DNA of 62,600 nucleotides from a virus (Duplodnaviria; Caudoviricetes), in the IMG/VR virus record IMGVR_UViG_3300006793_005371, positions 1 to 62,600 of that record. One strand, given 5' to 3'. A program made the position numbers and the translations under genes. The first letter of the stretch is position 1. Every line of letters begins with the position of its first letter. Below the pieces are notes generated by a model. That model made no database searches. It saw only the letters and a program-made list of their open reading frames with translations, and was not told the origin of the DNA. This document shows, piece by piece, positions 1 to 9,957 of the stretch.

Positions 1-2
1 CC

Positions 3-224
3 CATAGAAAGCAGTTAGATGCTGAACACAATGCTAACGGTCCTGCTGAAGCACAAACAATTAAAGTTGCTGATTTGATACATAACAGTTCAGACATAGC
101 CGCACATGATCCTAGGTTTTGGAAAACATACAAGACTGAGAAATTGCAAACTTTAAACTTGTTAGATAAAGCAGATGCTACACTTAAAGCAAGAGCATTT
201 GCACAAATTATGGAAGGTAAGTAA
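3..224 (+). CDS. HD-domain phosphohydrolase, C-terminal part (RelA/SpoT small alarmone hydrolase-like), truncated by window edge
   Basis: Frame 3 reads ...AQTIKVADLIHNSSDI..., like the IKLADRLHN motif of Mesh1/SpoT HD domains; TAATG overlap with next gene. Confidence 0.6.
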   Translation, partial: HRKQLDAEHNANGPAEAQTIKVADLIHNSSDIAAHDPRFWKTYKTEKLQTLNLLDKADATLKARAFAQIMEGK

Positions 225-544
225 TGATTAGCATATTGCAAGAAACAACCGATTGGGGCAAATTCAAAGTCAATAACGGCATTTATCATATAAATGGTGC
301 TGGTAGTTTAGTTGCATACCAAGTTAACCAAGATGCAGAAGTGCAAGTTCTTAAATCGCCTAGCAAACAATTTTCCAAGTCGCGAAGAAAATTTGTGAAG
401 ATTGGTGAGCGACCAGAAGAAGTTGCAAGTCATGTTATTGAAGTCAAAGGTTCTAAAGGTAATGTTTACTATGTGGACACAGAAAAGAACACTTGTACTT
501 GCCCAGGATTCACATTCCGAGGTAATTGTAAGCATATTAAATAA
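224..544 (+). CDS. SWIM zinc-finger protein
   Basis: C-terminal CTCPGFTFRGNCKH (CxC...CxH). Confidence 0.75.
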   Translation: MISILQETTDWGKFKVNNGIYHINGAGSLVAYQVNQDAEVQVLKSPSKQFSKSRRKFVKIGERPEEVASHVIEVKGSKGNVYYVDTEKNTCTCPGFTFRGNCKHIK

Positions 545-547
545 ATA
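542..547 (+). promoter_or_regulatory. T4-like late promoter core TAAATA, 5 nt before def ATG
   Basis: aTAAATActagtATG; same spacing recurs across window. Confidence 0.7.
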
Positions 548-552
548 CTAGT

Positions 553-1059
553 ATGTTAGTAGAACCAAATCACCAAGCATTACATATGAAGGCAGACGTT
601 GATCCGTTTACTGCTGACGATGTGAATTGGCCTGAACGACAAAAAGAAATGTTCCAACTTATGAGAGATAAGTTCGGTATAGGATTGGCCGCTCCACAGT
701 TAGGTGCTAGTTACAATATGTTTGTAATGAATCACACAACATTAGGTGACATAGGTGTTTACAATCCAGAAATTATTTCGCAGTCGGAAGAAACTGTATG
801 CCAGGAAGAAGGTTGTCTAACATTCCCTTTATTATTTTTTATGGTAACAAGACCTGCAAAATGCACAGTTAAGTTCTCTGATGCTTTCCAAGAAGAGCAT
901 ACACTAGAACTAGAAGGTACTGATGCTCAATGCTTTCAACACGAATTTGATCACTTACAGGGTAAGTTATTTTTAGAATATGCTAGTGACATGAAATTGC
1001 AAAGAGCAATGAAGAAACGTGAAAAGAGAGTAAAACAGTTATTAAAGATGCAGGCATAA
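553..1059 (+). CDS. def: Peptide deformylase
   Basis: GIGLAAPQ, EGCLT, QHEFDHLQG motifs. Confidence 0.97.
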   Translation: MLVEPNHQALHMKADVDPFTADDVNWPERQKEMFQLMRDKFGIGLAAPQLGASYNMFVMNHTTLGDIGVYNPEIISQSEETVCQEEGCLTFPLLFFMVTRPAKCTVKFSDAFQEEHTLELEGTDAQCFQHEFDHLQGKLFLEYASDMKLQRAMKKREKRVKQLLKMQA

Positions 1060-1067
1060 GGTAACTT

Positions 1068-1910
1068 ATGGACTATCCGTTTTTTGTTAATAACTTCGAC
1101 AGAGTTAAAGATCACAAATTAACCCATCCAGCAGTAAGCGAAATATTTAAACACCCTGTATCCTTCTGGTATGGGCAACGTAACGGTAGGAATTGTAAAG
1201 ACTTACACAAAGGCATACAACGTTTACTAAACCGTACATTGCCGCAACTACCAGTATTTGTTATATATAATTTGCCTTCAAGAGACATGGGACATTACAG
1301 TAAAGGCGGCGCAAGTGGAGAACAAGAATACTTAGACTTTTTATTTCAGTTCTGCAATGGAATTGGAGATCATAAACCTATAGTAATATTTGAGCCTGAT
1401 GCTTTACCTCATAGTACATTAATGGATAAGAACGATAAAGAGTTTCGTATTAGACTTATGAAAGCAGGTATTGATGTTTTAACACAGAACAGTAATGCTA
1501 TTGTGTACTTAGATATAGGACATAGTAATTGGTTAGAACCAGATGTAGCAGGCAAGTTAATTAACTCTGTTACTAACAAACATGTACGTGGCTTTAGTGT
1601 TAATGTAAGTAACTTTAGAACTACAGAAGAGAGCATTAAATGGGCTCTTAGAGTTACAGAGAACACGTCTAACAAACGTTTTGTCATTGACACTAGTCGT
1701 AATGGCAACGGCCCTTATGGAAACGAGTGGTGTAATCCTCCGGGAAGAGCACTAGGAATTCCACCTACTACAGATACAGGTGTAGAAGAATGTGATGCAT
1801 TTTTATGGATTAAGATACCTGGAGAATCAGATGGTACAGGTAATGGTGGTCCAAGAGCTGGAAAGTTTTGGCCTGAATATGGAAGTGAGTTAGTTTTAAA
1901 TAAAGTTTAA
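1068..1910 (+). CDS. Glycoside hydrolase family 6 (cellulase-like)
   Basis: VIYNLPSRD, FEPDAL, YLDIGHSNW, FVIDTSRNG, WCNPPGRALG, DAFLWIKIPGESDG. Confidence 0.95.
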   Translation: MDYPFFVNNFDRVKDHKLTHPAVSEIFKHPVSFWYGQRNGRNCKDLHKGIQRLLNRTLPQLPVFVIYNLPSRDMGHYSKGGASGEQEYLDFLFQFCNGIGDHKPIVIFEPDALPHSTLMDKNDKEFRIRLMKAGIDVLTQNSNAIVYLDIGHSNWLEPDVAGKLINSVTNKHVRGFSVNVSNFRTTEESIKWALRVTENTSNKRFVIDTSRNGNGPYGNEWCNPPGRALGIPPTTDTGVEECDAFLWIKIPGESDGTGNGGPRAGKFWPEYGSELVLNKV

Positions 1911-2320
1911 CTTACACCGCTTGGGTCTAATGGATCTGAGTCAACAGTATCTTGAGTACCGTCGCCAGTCATATCATCACCTGCTGGTACTTCTATGCTA
2001 TTTTCTAAGTAATGTTTAGCATCACTTATGTATACTCCTGCTTTGGTAATCTTTGACTGCCACCAATGAGGAAAGTCCGCATCTGGCAAATCATCTAGCA
2101 TTTTGTATAATTCAACACAGTAAGAACCCATTTGGAATAAGTCTCTTTTAACCATGTCTCTCTCGTTATCAACGTGTCCTACTGATAGTTTATCGTTTTC
2201 TTCATCACCAGCATCTCTTTCACTTACATCATATGAGTCAAGCAAAGTTGTTGAACGAGGCTGTTCTACTATGTTTGGTGTGATACCTGCAAGTTGTTGT
2301 AGTTTTTCAATTTCGTTCAT
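1907..2320 (-). CDS. Acidic hypothetical phage protein, possible internal head protein
   Basis: N-terminal IEKLQQLAGI motif shared with neighbour. Confidence 0.5.
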   Translation of the reverse strand: MNEIEKLQQLAGITPNIVEQPRSTTLLDSYDVSERDAGDEENDKLSVGHVDNERDMVKRDLFQMGSYCVELYKMLDDLPDADFPHWWQSKITKAGVYISDAKHYLENSIEVPAGDDMTGDGTQDTVDSDPLDPSGVS

Positions 2321-2321
2321 T

Positions 2322-4571
2322 TTATAATCCTGCTAATTTTTTAAGTTCTACCATTGTTTCTTCTAAAGCATTGTCTATTGCTTGATCAATTGATTCTTCT
2401 TGCTGTGCTGGATTCATACCTGGTAACTGTGGTTGATGTGGAGTTCTTTGTTGAACTGCCCCGTCAGATCCTTTACCTCTTGGTTGAATTTTTAATCCTA
2501 CTTGATCCAATATATTTTGTGTTACTCTTTCTTGTTTTCCCTGAGGACCTTTAATAAGAATATATGCTGGATTGTTTGGTGTTGGAGGAGCAACGGTTAC
2601 TAGTTTAGTTCCTTGCATTAGTCCTGGAACTTGCCCTAACATCATAACTTCTTTACCGCTTTTATCTAGTAATACATAGTCAGCATCTGGACCATCTAGT
2701 TCATCATTTCGGAAGTCGCCTTGCTGAAACTCATTAACTTCTTCATCTTCTGCGTACATGTCTGAAAGATCTAATGCTTCTGCTGGCTCACCGTGGTCTT
2801 TCCAATCTGCATCATCAACTAATGCTTCAATATATATTTGAATGCATTCATCTCTGTCATCATCTGCATGTAAACCTTTTTCTCTACAAATTTCGTTAAT
2901 TTCGTCGTCCAGTTCTTCCATTGAACAACCACATGCTATACAAAGTCCTTCTTCACCACCCTTTTGATAAGCATCAAATAGTTCATCATATGCTTGAGAT
3001 TCACGGCTTTGTTCTGCTTGTGGATCAAAACTTTCTTCCATTTCTGGTTCTTCGTCATCTTCTAGTTGTGCTTTAAGTTCGTCGTAGTCCCAAGTATCAC
3101 CGTATTCATCTTCAAATTCTTCTTTGCTCATTTGATCGACATCTATTAATACGTCTTTTAGTTTGCCTTCTTTAATATCTAAACCAGCCATTTGTCTCAT
3201 GTAGTTGAGATCGTCTTCTTCTTCAATTGCTTCTTCTGGGTTACCATATGTCTCACATGGATTCTTACCACAGCCACAATTCTTAGGCTCGTCTTTTTTG
3301 GCTTCCATTTCTAATTCATCTTCTGGTGCATCAAACTCTGGATCATCCATGCTTACCATTTCTGGCTCGTCCATGTCCATATCTGGTTCTGGTTGGTCAT
3401 CTAAATCATCAAAGTTATCTAGTTCTGCATCTTTTCTGTGCAATTCCATATTGTTGATTGCATTGTTTACTAGTGATATAGTCCATTTTTTGTCCTCATC
3501 ACCTAACGCCATTATGCCGCCTTCTGGCATGTTATCAATGATGTTACTTAATCTGTCACTAGCCGCAAATCCTTCATCGTCGTTTGCCAGTCTAGCATTA
3601 ATTTCACCTAGCACATATCCTGGAGATTGTGCTAATAGTTTTAAAAACATTTCTTTTTTAACTGCTGGATCGTTTATATCAGCACCATCTGGAAACTGAT
3701 TAGCCATGCTTCTATTTCTTTGTCTGCTGTTGATAGGCTTACCTGTGTCAACACTGATCATATCTTTAGGAGCAATTTTAGTAAAGCCTACTGAATTAGG
3801 ATCACTTGCCGCCGCCTTTGCAGGTCTTTCTGCAGAAGCCTTTTGATCTTTCTTACTAACACCAGGTTCATAGTCCATTGCACCCTTGCCTGGAGCAAAG
3901 TTAACTGGTGCTTCGTCGAGCAACCCTGCTAATTTTTTTAATGTTTCTAATGATTCTTTCATAATTTTACCTGTTATTTTGTCGTAAACCAAATCAAATA
4001 TTTCTTGGTTAAACTCTCCCATATACCTAGCATACGTTTGTTTAGCACTATCTAAGTCTGGAGCACTAAGTAATGCAGTTCTAAATGCACTTGCACTCGC
4101 TACATCTCCGCTTATGCCTGTAACAGTTGGTGCTTGTATCACATAACCGTGTTTTAGCATAGATTGTGCGTTATTAGTATTTATCACATCTGTGCCATTT
4201 TGTAGGTAACTATCAGAACCATCTTTTAAAGGTTTAAATGCAAACCTTGGACTTTCCTCCATATCCTTTTGTCCTACTGCAAAAAACAACGAATGTTGTT
4301 CTGCTGGAGTAAAGGTACTTGCATACGAATCCTTATTGTATAAGTTATTTCCTGCTGGTATGATAATTCTATCTTGAGGTATATCATGTTGCTGAGTCAT
4401 GATGCTGATTTTTTCTTGTGCATCAAATGGTGATTTACCTGCTTCTACTTTATTTGCTGTAGCAATATATACTTCTGCATCAGGATTATTAGATTGTAGT
4501 GTGCGAAACACTTCCGCATGATGCGGTAACATAGGTTGGAATCTACCTGGATATATAATAACCTTTTTCAT
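2322..4571 (-). CDS. Cytidyltransferase-like domain fused to long acidic region with LxxLAG repeats
   Basis: VIIYPGRFQPMLPHH (degenerate HIGH) and SASAFR; start placed at ATG 5 nt after TAAATA. Confidence 0.65.
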   Translation of the reverse strand: MKKVIIYPGRFQPMLPHHAEVFRTLQSNNPDAEVYIATANKVEAGKSPFDAQEKISIMTQQHDIPQDRIIIPAGNNLYNKDSYASTFTPAEQHSLFFAVGQKDMEESPRFAFKPLKDGSDSYLQNGTDVINTNNAQSMLKHGYVIQAPTVTGISGDVASASAFRTALLSAPDLDSAKQTYARYMGEFNQEIFDLVYDKITGKIMKESLETLKKLAGLLDEAPVNFAPGKGAMDYEPGVSKKDQKASAERPAKAAASDPNSVGFTKIAPKDMISVDTGKPINSRQRNRSMANQFPDGADINDPAVKKEMFLKLLAQSPGYVLGEINARLANDDEGFAASDRLSNIIDNMPEGGIMALGDEDKKWTISLVNNAINNMELHRKDAELDNFDDLDDQPEPDMDMDEPEMVSMDDPEFDAPEDELEMEAKKDEPKNCGCGKNPCETYGNPEEAIEEEDDLNYMRQMAGLDIKEGKLKDVLIDVDQMSKEEFEDEYGDTWDYDELKAQLEDDEEPEMEESFDPQAEQSRESQAYDELFDAYQKGGEEGLCIACGCSMEELDDEINEICREKGLHADDDRDECIQIYIEALVDDADWKDHGEPAEALDLSDMYAEDEEVNEFQQGDFRNDELDGPDADYVLLDKSGKEVMMLGQVPGLMQGTKLVTVAPPTPNNPAYILIKGPQGKQERVTQNILDQVGLKIQPRGKGSDGAVQQRTPHQPQLPGMNPAQQEESIDQAIDNALEETMVELKKLAGL

Positions 4572-4596
4572 ATTAGTATTTATCAGAAGTCGGTTA

Positions 4597-5124
4597 TTAC
4601 CCTTTCTCATACTTTACACCTACTATATGGTATCTGGTTTCCCAACCAAAGTTAATTGCACTATGCAATCCTGTGGTGTCTACTTGGTATGTACTACCTA
4701 CTTCTAAATGATACATTTTAGGTTGTGTAAGTTCATCAAAGAACATCATGTATGCATCGGGATTTGTTACCAGTGGTATGTGTAATCTTGTATTTCTTTT
4801 ACCATTATCGCTGTCTGAGTGTATGCTGTAGTTGGTATGAGAGTCTAGTTTTAATAATCTCCAACGTACATATTCAGGAAACTGATTTATTAATTCTTCA
4901 AAGTATGTGCCTTCTAGGCGTTTGTTTAGTGTGCAATATGCTTTTTCAGGAAATTGTAAATGTTTAATTTTACCTGTGCTTTCGTTCCATGCGTCATTGC
5001 CCAGCACACTAGTTAGTGTTATTTGATTTGGATTTGCAAAACCTACATCTTCAAGTAAGTCATCAAGTGATTGTTTTAATTTTTGAGGATCTGTTTGATA
5101 ATCAAGTTTAATAACATGTGACAT
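4597..5124 (-). CDS. Asp/Asn beta-hydroxylase-like 2OG-Fe(II) oxygenase
   Basis: IHSD...RLHIPLVTNPDA...HSAIN...RYHIV; TATAAATA 5 nt upstream. Confidence 0.8.
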   Translation of the reverse strand: MSHVIKLDYQTDPQKLKQSLDDLLEDVGFANPNQITLTSVLGNDAWNESTGKIKHLQFPEKAYCTLNKRLEGTYFEELINQFPEYVRWRLLKLDSHTNYSIHSDSDNGKRNTRLHIPLVTNPDAYMMFFDELTQPKMYHLEVGSTYQVDTTGLHSAINFGWETRYHIVGVKYEKG

Positions 5125-5132
5125 GCTACTAT

Positions 5133-7331
5133 TTATAGGATATTATTCCCACCAATACTTTTTGCCGGCCGGGGTAGGTGTCCAACTTTCGCCAAAACGT
5201 CTTGCTTGAGCACTTGGTGTTGAACGTGCCATCTGTTTTTTCTTTGTATGTTTAGTATTTTATCATGAGTAGGTGTACCTACTTTAAACTTCATTGGATA
5301 GTTTACCTGGTCTGTTGATTCCCACTCGTCGCCTTTTCTAATAAACTGGCGATCTACACCACCCATTTTAACAGTAACAATATCGTCACCGCCAACATCT
5401 TTTAATTTTCTTTCGTTTGTTGGTTCTGGTAATTTTGCTTGTTTTCTTAAAAAGTTCTCAACGTCTGTTCTATTAGGATCGTATTTTACTCTGTTAGTTT
5501 GGAAGTCTGGGTTAAACTTGATATTTAAGTTTATTAATGTTCTTTGGTCACCAGCATCTGCATATACATCTAAAGCATTATAATAATGTTTTGCTAAGTC
5601 TGAATCTTCGCCACCTTGTTGAACGTGAGCCTGTAAAGCCTTACCTAGATCGCCGTCTTTGGCTGTAGGAGCCAATGAGTTAATACCCAACAATCCCATA
5701 ATTAATGCACTAATACCAAGACCTTTTTTGATTGTATCTTTGATGCCTTCTTCAAGTTGTACTTCGTATTGATTAAGTGCAACATCTTTGTATAGTTCTG
5801 CTAGTTCTGGATTCTCACTTTGCAGTTCTGCATACAGTTCAAATGCATCTTGACCTTTAGGATCTTTAATAGACTTTTTAAGTAATTCCGCAACCTTCAT
5901 TTCATTTGCACTATTGTCTCTTGCTGGACTTAATTCTGTTATTCTTGTATTAGTCTTAGTAGGTCCTGCTGTAATACTTTCACCGGCATGCATAGCCGCC
6001 ATATGTTTTTTATATTTCTTAGTACCTTTTTTGTGTGGCGACTTACCTTCGGAGAAGTTTTTCAAAAAGTCACTAACAACTTCTACTGCTTGATGCTTGC
6101 CTATTTCTGGATACATTTGTCTAAGTATTTTAGGTAACTCAAATGCGTTATACCTTCCTGATTGCACATAGTCTTTATGTAACATTGGGATTAATTTGCT
6201 TAATTCTTCATTGCTTGGTGCTGATTTCTTATTCATTTGTTTCTCATCATGTTTGGCAATTTCTGCCCAATTTGGTAATCCGTCATCATTTTGAGTCATT
6301 TCACCTTCGTCACAACCGTAGTTGCCAAAGCCATAACACTCTGAACTTTCTTCTTCCTCACCGTCATCATTGATAAATGTTTCTTCACCGTCCATATAAC
6401 CCGAACCAGCACATTCTGGACATACACCATCTTTAATGTAGTCGTCCATAAAATTACCTTGTAATACATCTTGTAAATCGTTGTATGCTTCTATTCTTTC
6501 TTCAGCATCATAGTAAGCATCAGGTGTACCAATCATTCCTTCTTCTGCTTCTGGTATAATTCCTTTAGGGTCATTACGTTTGGGAGAAGTAGTTTGTCCA
6601 GTGCCACCGCACTTAGGACAATTAGGAACAGCACCAGATGATGTTACACAATCACATACTTGAGGATTGCCGCCTTCTGGTTTTGTGTGAGCATCTGCTC
6701 CAAACGGTTTCTTTATTTTGTTTTTACTGTGGTTACTATTAGTGTATGGACTTTCTGCCTCTATTGCGTTTCTTCTTTCACTGCCAGGAGCACCATGTTT
6801 AAGAGTACCACCGTCGCCTGCTAGTTGTCCTGTTTCTTGATGATATAGTTGTTTCATTTTTTCTAGAGTCTCAGGATTATCCATATCACCTAAAGTATAA
6901 GGAAACATAGCACCTTTGCCTTTGTCTTTTAACCAATTAATAAATTCTGCATCAATGGCAGGATTTAATAAACTTGCTTCGTTGTTTACACTTTCTTGAC
7001 CGTACTCTCTATCTAATTCTTCGTCATCAATCTTGTTTTTTAATGTACGAATTAAATCTTCAAATGGTTCTTCTAATCCGTATACCGCAGATTCTAAATT
7101 ATTTTTTGCTTGAAAAACAGCATTTTCTAAATACTCTACTTCTGCTTTAAGTTCTTCGCTGTTTAAATCATCCACAATTGAACCTACTGCTGTTATAATA
7201 TCAATAGCAGTATCGTCGTATTTGATGTTTTTGGTAGTTGCTCTGACTTGATCAAAGGCTAATTCAACCTTGTCTAATAAGGCCTCATCTTCTGGACTCT
7301 CTGATAAAACTACTATGTCTTTAAACTTCAT
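5133..7331 (-). CDS. Large acidic mosaic phage protein with CxxC motifs, possible internal head protein
   Basis: Long ORF; CPKCGG and CPECAG; start at ATG 5 nt after TAAATA. Confidence 0.55.
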   Translation of the reverse strand: MKFKDIVVLSESPEDEALLDKVELAFDQVRATTKNIKYDDTAIDIITAVGSIVDDLNSEELKAEVEYLENAVFQAKNNLESAVYGLEEPFEDLIRTLKNKIDDEELDREYGQESVNNEASLLNPAIDAEFINWLKDKGKGAMFPYTLGDMDNPETLEKMKQLYHQETGQLAGDGGTLKHGAPGSERRNAIEAESPYTNSNHSKNKIKKPFGADAHTKPEGGNPQVCDCVTSSGAVPNCPKCGGTGQTTSPKRNDPKGIIPEAEEGMIGTPDAYYDAEERIEAYNDLQDVLQGNFMDDYIKDGVCPECAGSGYMDGEETFINDDGEEEESSECYGFGNYGCDEGEMTQNDDGLPNWAEIAKHDEKQMNKKSAPSNEELSKLIPMLHKDYVQSGRYNAFELPKILRQMYPEIGKHQAVEVVSDFLKNFSEGKSPHKKGTKKYKKHMAAMHAGESITAGPTKTNTRITELSPARDNSANEMKVAELLKKSIKDPKGQDAFELYAELQSENPELAELYKDVALNQYEVQLEEGIKDTIKKGLGISALIMGLLGINSLAPTAKDGDLGKALQAHVQQGGEDSDLAKHYYNALDVYADAGDQRTLINLNIKFNPDFQTNRVKYDPNRTDVENFLRKQAKLPEPTNERKLKDVGGDDIVTVKMGGVDRQFIRKGDEWESTDQVNYPMKFKVGTPTHDKILNIQRKNRWHVQHQVLKQDVLAKVGHLPRPAKSIGGNNIL

Positions 7332-7364
7332 AGTAGTATTTATCAAAGAAAGGGAAAAATTATT

Positions 7365-7550
7365 TTATTTAGATTCTTCCTTGTATAATGTCCATGCACC
7401 GTAGAGTAATCCACCCCATGCGGCCCATTTGATTAATGGTGATGCCATAAGTGCTAGTAAACTAACTCCTATAATAACTCCACCATCCCATGATGTCCTT
7501 TCACCAATTCTGGCCATGACCCATGATTTTGCTAATGTTAAATAATTCAT
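7365..7550 (-). CDS. Small two-TM membrane protein
   Basis: Hydrophobic segments; AGGAG upstream. Confidence 0.65.
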   Translation of the reverse strand: MNYLTLAKSWVMARIGERTSWDGGVIIGVSLLALMASPLIKWAAWGGLLYGAWTLYKEESK

Positions 7551-7568
7551 GATTGCACTCCTTTATTA

Positions 7569-8402
7569 TTAACGTTTGTTATCTTCTGTCTGTGTGAAAA
7601 ATTTATTGAATATTATATTATTTTCGCTTCTCTTGTCAACTGTAAAGCCTGCTAACACACCTAGTTCTTTTATTCCTTCTAGTTGTGCGTCGCCGCTTTT
7701 AGTCCAAAGCGAATGAAGCCAGTCTTTAGTTCTTTCTACGGCAGTTTTAACTGCATCAGTTTTAGATACCACATAAGGTGCTTCATCTAATTGTTTTTTG
7801 AGATCTTGCTTTTGTTTTTTTCTGTCATAGTCCTTGGAAGACTTGTGAGCGCCAGCACCTGGCATATTTCTACTATGCTTTGCTACTGGATTGTTTTGTT
7901 TTGGTAGTTCTGGTTTTTTGTTATTTGCTTCTATTAGTTCTGCCCAAACTTTAGCATCTGGGTATTTGTCTTGTAACAACTGAGTGTATGAATTTATTTG
8001 ATGTTTTTGCAAAACCACAACGTCATGAGCATCTGAATCTGCATCTTTTTGTAGTTTTAATTGATACTTGCCTTTATGAGGGTGAGTACCAGTGTTAATA
8101 CTTGTCTCGCCTACTAGTTTACCTCTCATTGGGTGAGGACTTTCATTGCCTTTATTAGGTTTGATCTTTTTAGGCTTTTTGTCACTTGCTTTTACTTGTT
8201 CTGCTTCTGATACCGGAGCACCAGTCATATGTACTGCGGCATTTTTACCTTTTGCCTTAAGTGTGTTAGCCATCTTTTCTGCTCTTGAGCGACTTGATAC
8301 AACCTTCCACGGCTTGTCATTTATACAAACTGCATAGTTGTTAGGAGACTCACCTCTGAGCTCATATTCAATTTCTTTCTTTTTTAAGTCACCCAACCGC
8401 AT
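7569..8402 (-). CDS. Hypothetical basic phage protein
   Basis: 277-aa ORF within minus-strand gene run. Confidence 0.6.
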   Translation of the reverse strand: MRLGDLKKKEIEYELRGESPNNYAVCINDKPWKVVSSRSRAEKMANTLKAKGKNAAVHMTGAPVSEAEQVKASDKKPKKIKPNKGNESPHPMRGKLVGETSINTGTHPHKGKYQLKLQKDADSDAHDVVVLQKHQINSYTQLLQDKYPDAKVWAELIEANNKKPELPKQNNPVAKHSRNMPGAGAHKSSKDYDRKKQKQDLKKQLDEAPYVVSKTDAVKTAVERTKDWLHSLWTKSGDAQLEGIKELGVLAGFTVDKRSENNIIFNKFFTQTEDNKR

Positions 8403-8408
8403 AATAGT

Positions 8409-8951
8409 TTATACTAACGAGCCGGCGTATCTAACTAATATTGTTGCCGTACCTGCTGAAGCACCACCTTGTGTTACTGTTGCTTTTAAAACAGTTTGTG
8501 CTGAATAAGTATGATCAGTTTGATCGATAACTTGTGAACCTGCTGGATCAAAGAACTTAAACAGTCTGTCTGCTACAACGCCATCACCTACTGTAATGTT
8601 TGTTGTATCATTATACCCTGTCCAGTTACCTGAACCTTTCTCTACAGTTACACTTAATATTCTAGTGCCTGCCGTCACAGTACACAAATCTTGTGCACCA
8701 CTATCATCATAGTTAACAGTATGCTCACTAACACCAACTTTGTTTGCACTTGCGGCATCTAGTTGGCTTTGTGTTACTGCATGACTAGACGCAGTACCAT
8801 CTGCTATCTCGGCTCTTACGAGGGCATCGGAATTATTTCTAAGACTAATTTTTGAGGAACTAGTTGTTCCATCAATCTTATTGCCCTCTTTGCCAAGTTC
8901 AACAGTTTTTGCTACACCTGTTAAGCCATAATTTTTAACTGCATCGACCAT
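8409..8951 (-). CDS. Probable virion structural protein (paralog of 8964-9569)
   Basis: KNYGLTG..VELGKEG and AVTQSQLDAA motifs; G/S/T/A rich; AGGAG RBS. Confidence 0.6.
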   Translation of the reverse strand: MVDAVKNYGLTGVAKTVELGKEGNKIDGTTSSSKISLRNNSDALVRAEIADGTASSHAVTQSQLDAASANKVGVSEHTVNYDDSGAQDLCTVTAGTRILSVTVEKGSGNWTGYNDTTNITVGDGVVADRLFKFFDPAGSQVIDQTDHTYSAQTVLKATVTQGGASAGTATILVRYAGSLV

Positions 8952-8963
8952 TTGTTACTCCTA

Positions 8964-9569
8964 TTAAGATATGTTACCTAAGTCGCTGTTACTGTTTTGT
9001 GCTCCAGTGATTGAACCGTAGTCTGTAACAGTTACACTATCACTTGCTAATACAACACTTACTGTACCTTGTCCTGCTGAGGCATCACCCTCTACGATGT
9101 TAATTTGTAAATTGTCTGCTGATGCATATTCATATTGGTATTGAGAATGATATTGACCTGCTTTCTTAACGTCAACGTCTCCTGCTCTAATAAATCTACT
9201 GTTATTTGAAGCATCACCTATTTCGATGTATGTTCCAGTGTTGTTTGAACAAGTCCATGCTGTAGGAATGTCAACAGTTACACTGATAATCCTTGAACCT
9301 GCTGAGATACTAGCAATATTAGAATCTGCTGAATCGAAGTCAAAGTCTAAAGTTATATGTTGTATTAAGTCTGCCGCTACTGCATCTAACTGACTTTTAG
9401 TAACTGCTTCTGTCGACGTTGTCGCATCTGCAATTTCTAACTTAGTTAATGCACCGCCGTTAGCATAAAAGCCAACTTTCCCAGATGCTCCAGTTATATA
9501 TGAGCCCTGTTTACCTAATTCAACATTAGCATTTAAACCTGCTAAATTGTATTTTTTTACCGTTGCCAT
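8964..9569 (-). CDS. Probable virion structural protein
   Basis: KKYNLAG..VELGKQG and AVTKSQLDA motifs; TAAATA box upstream (~9607-9612). Confidence 0.6.
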   Translation of the reverse strand: MATVKKYNLAGLNANVELGKQGSYITGASGKVGFYANGGALTKLEIADATTSTEAVTKSQLDAVAADLIQHITLDFDFDSADSNIASISAGSRIISVTVDIPTAWTCSNNTGTYIEIGDASNNSRFIRAGDVDVKKAGQYHSQYQYEYASADNLQINIVEGDASAGQGTVSVVLASDSVTVTDYGSITGAQNSNSDLGNIS

Positions 9570-9626
9570 AGTTATAATTCCTAATGTTTGAAAGTTTTAC
9601 ATAACATATTTATCTAAATTTAAAGA

Positions 9627-9654
9627 TTGACACTAAGATAATATCATGTATAAT
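9627..9654 (+). promoter_or_regulatory. sigma70-type promoter
   Basis: TTGACA-N16-TATAAT followed by AGGAG RBS. Confidence 0.8.
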
Positions 9655-9678
9655 ACATATTAAAATAGGAGAACATGC

Positions 9679-9957
9679 ATGGCGTGGAATTATCGTGTCA
9701 TTAGGCACATACATACACATAACGGTATAGACGAAGAGTATTATCAAATACATGAAGTATTTTATGATGACGATGGCAATCCTGAAACGATGACAGTGGA
9801 AGGTATTATACCGTTTGGTGACACCGAAGAAGACTTAAAAGAAGTTATGGAAATGATGGCAAATGCATTGACAAAGAATGTATTAGATGCTATAATGTTT
9901 GAACACGATGACACTAATAAACTTGATAAAACACTGGGTATGCTAAGAAATGTTTAA
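9679..9957 (+). CDS. Hypothetical phage protein
   Basis: WNYRV...YQIHEVFYD; good RBS and promoter. Confidence 0.7.
   Translation: MAWNYRVIRHIHTHNGIDEEYYQIHEVFYDDDGNPETMTVEGIIPFGDTEEDLKEVMEMMANALTKNVLDAIMFEHDDTNKLDKTLGMLRNV
9868..9896 (+). promoter_or_regulatory. sigma70-type promoter inside upstream ORF, ahead of uvsE
   Basis: TTGACA-N17-TATAAT. Confidence 0.65.

Noticed and set aside
3205-3699. Ser-rich plus-strand ORF and similar antisense ORFs (18344, 32485, 35284, 57086)
   Set aside because: Shadows of biased real genes on the opposite strand
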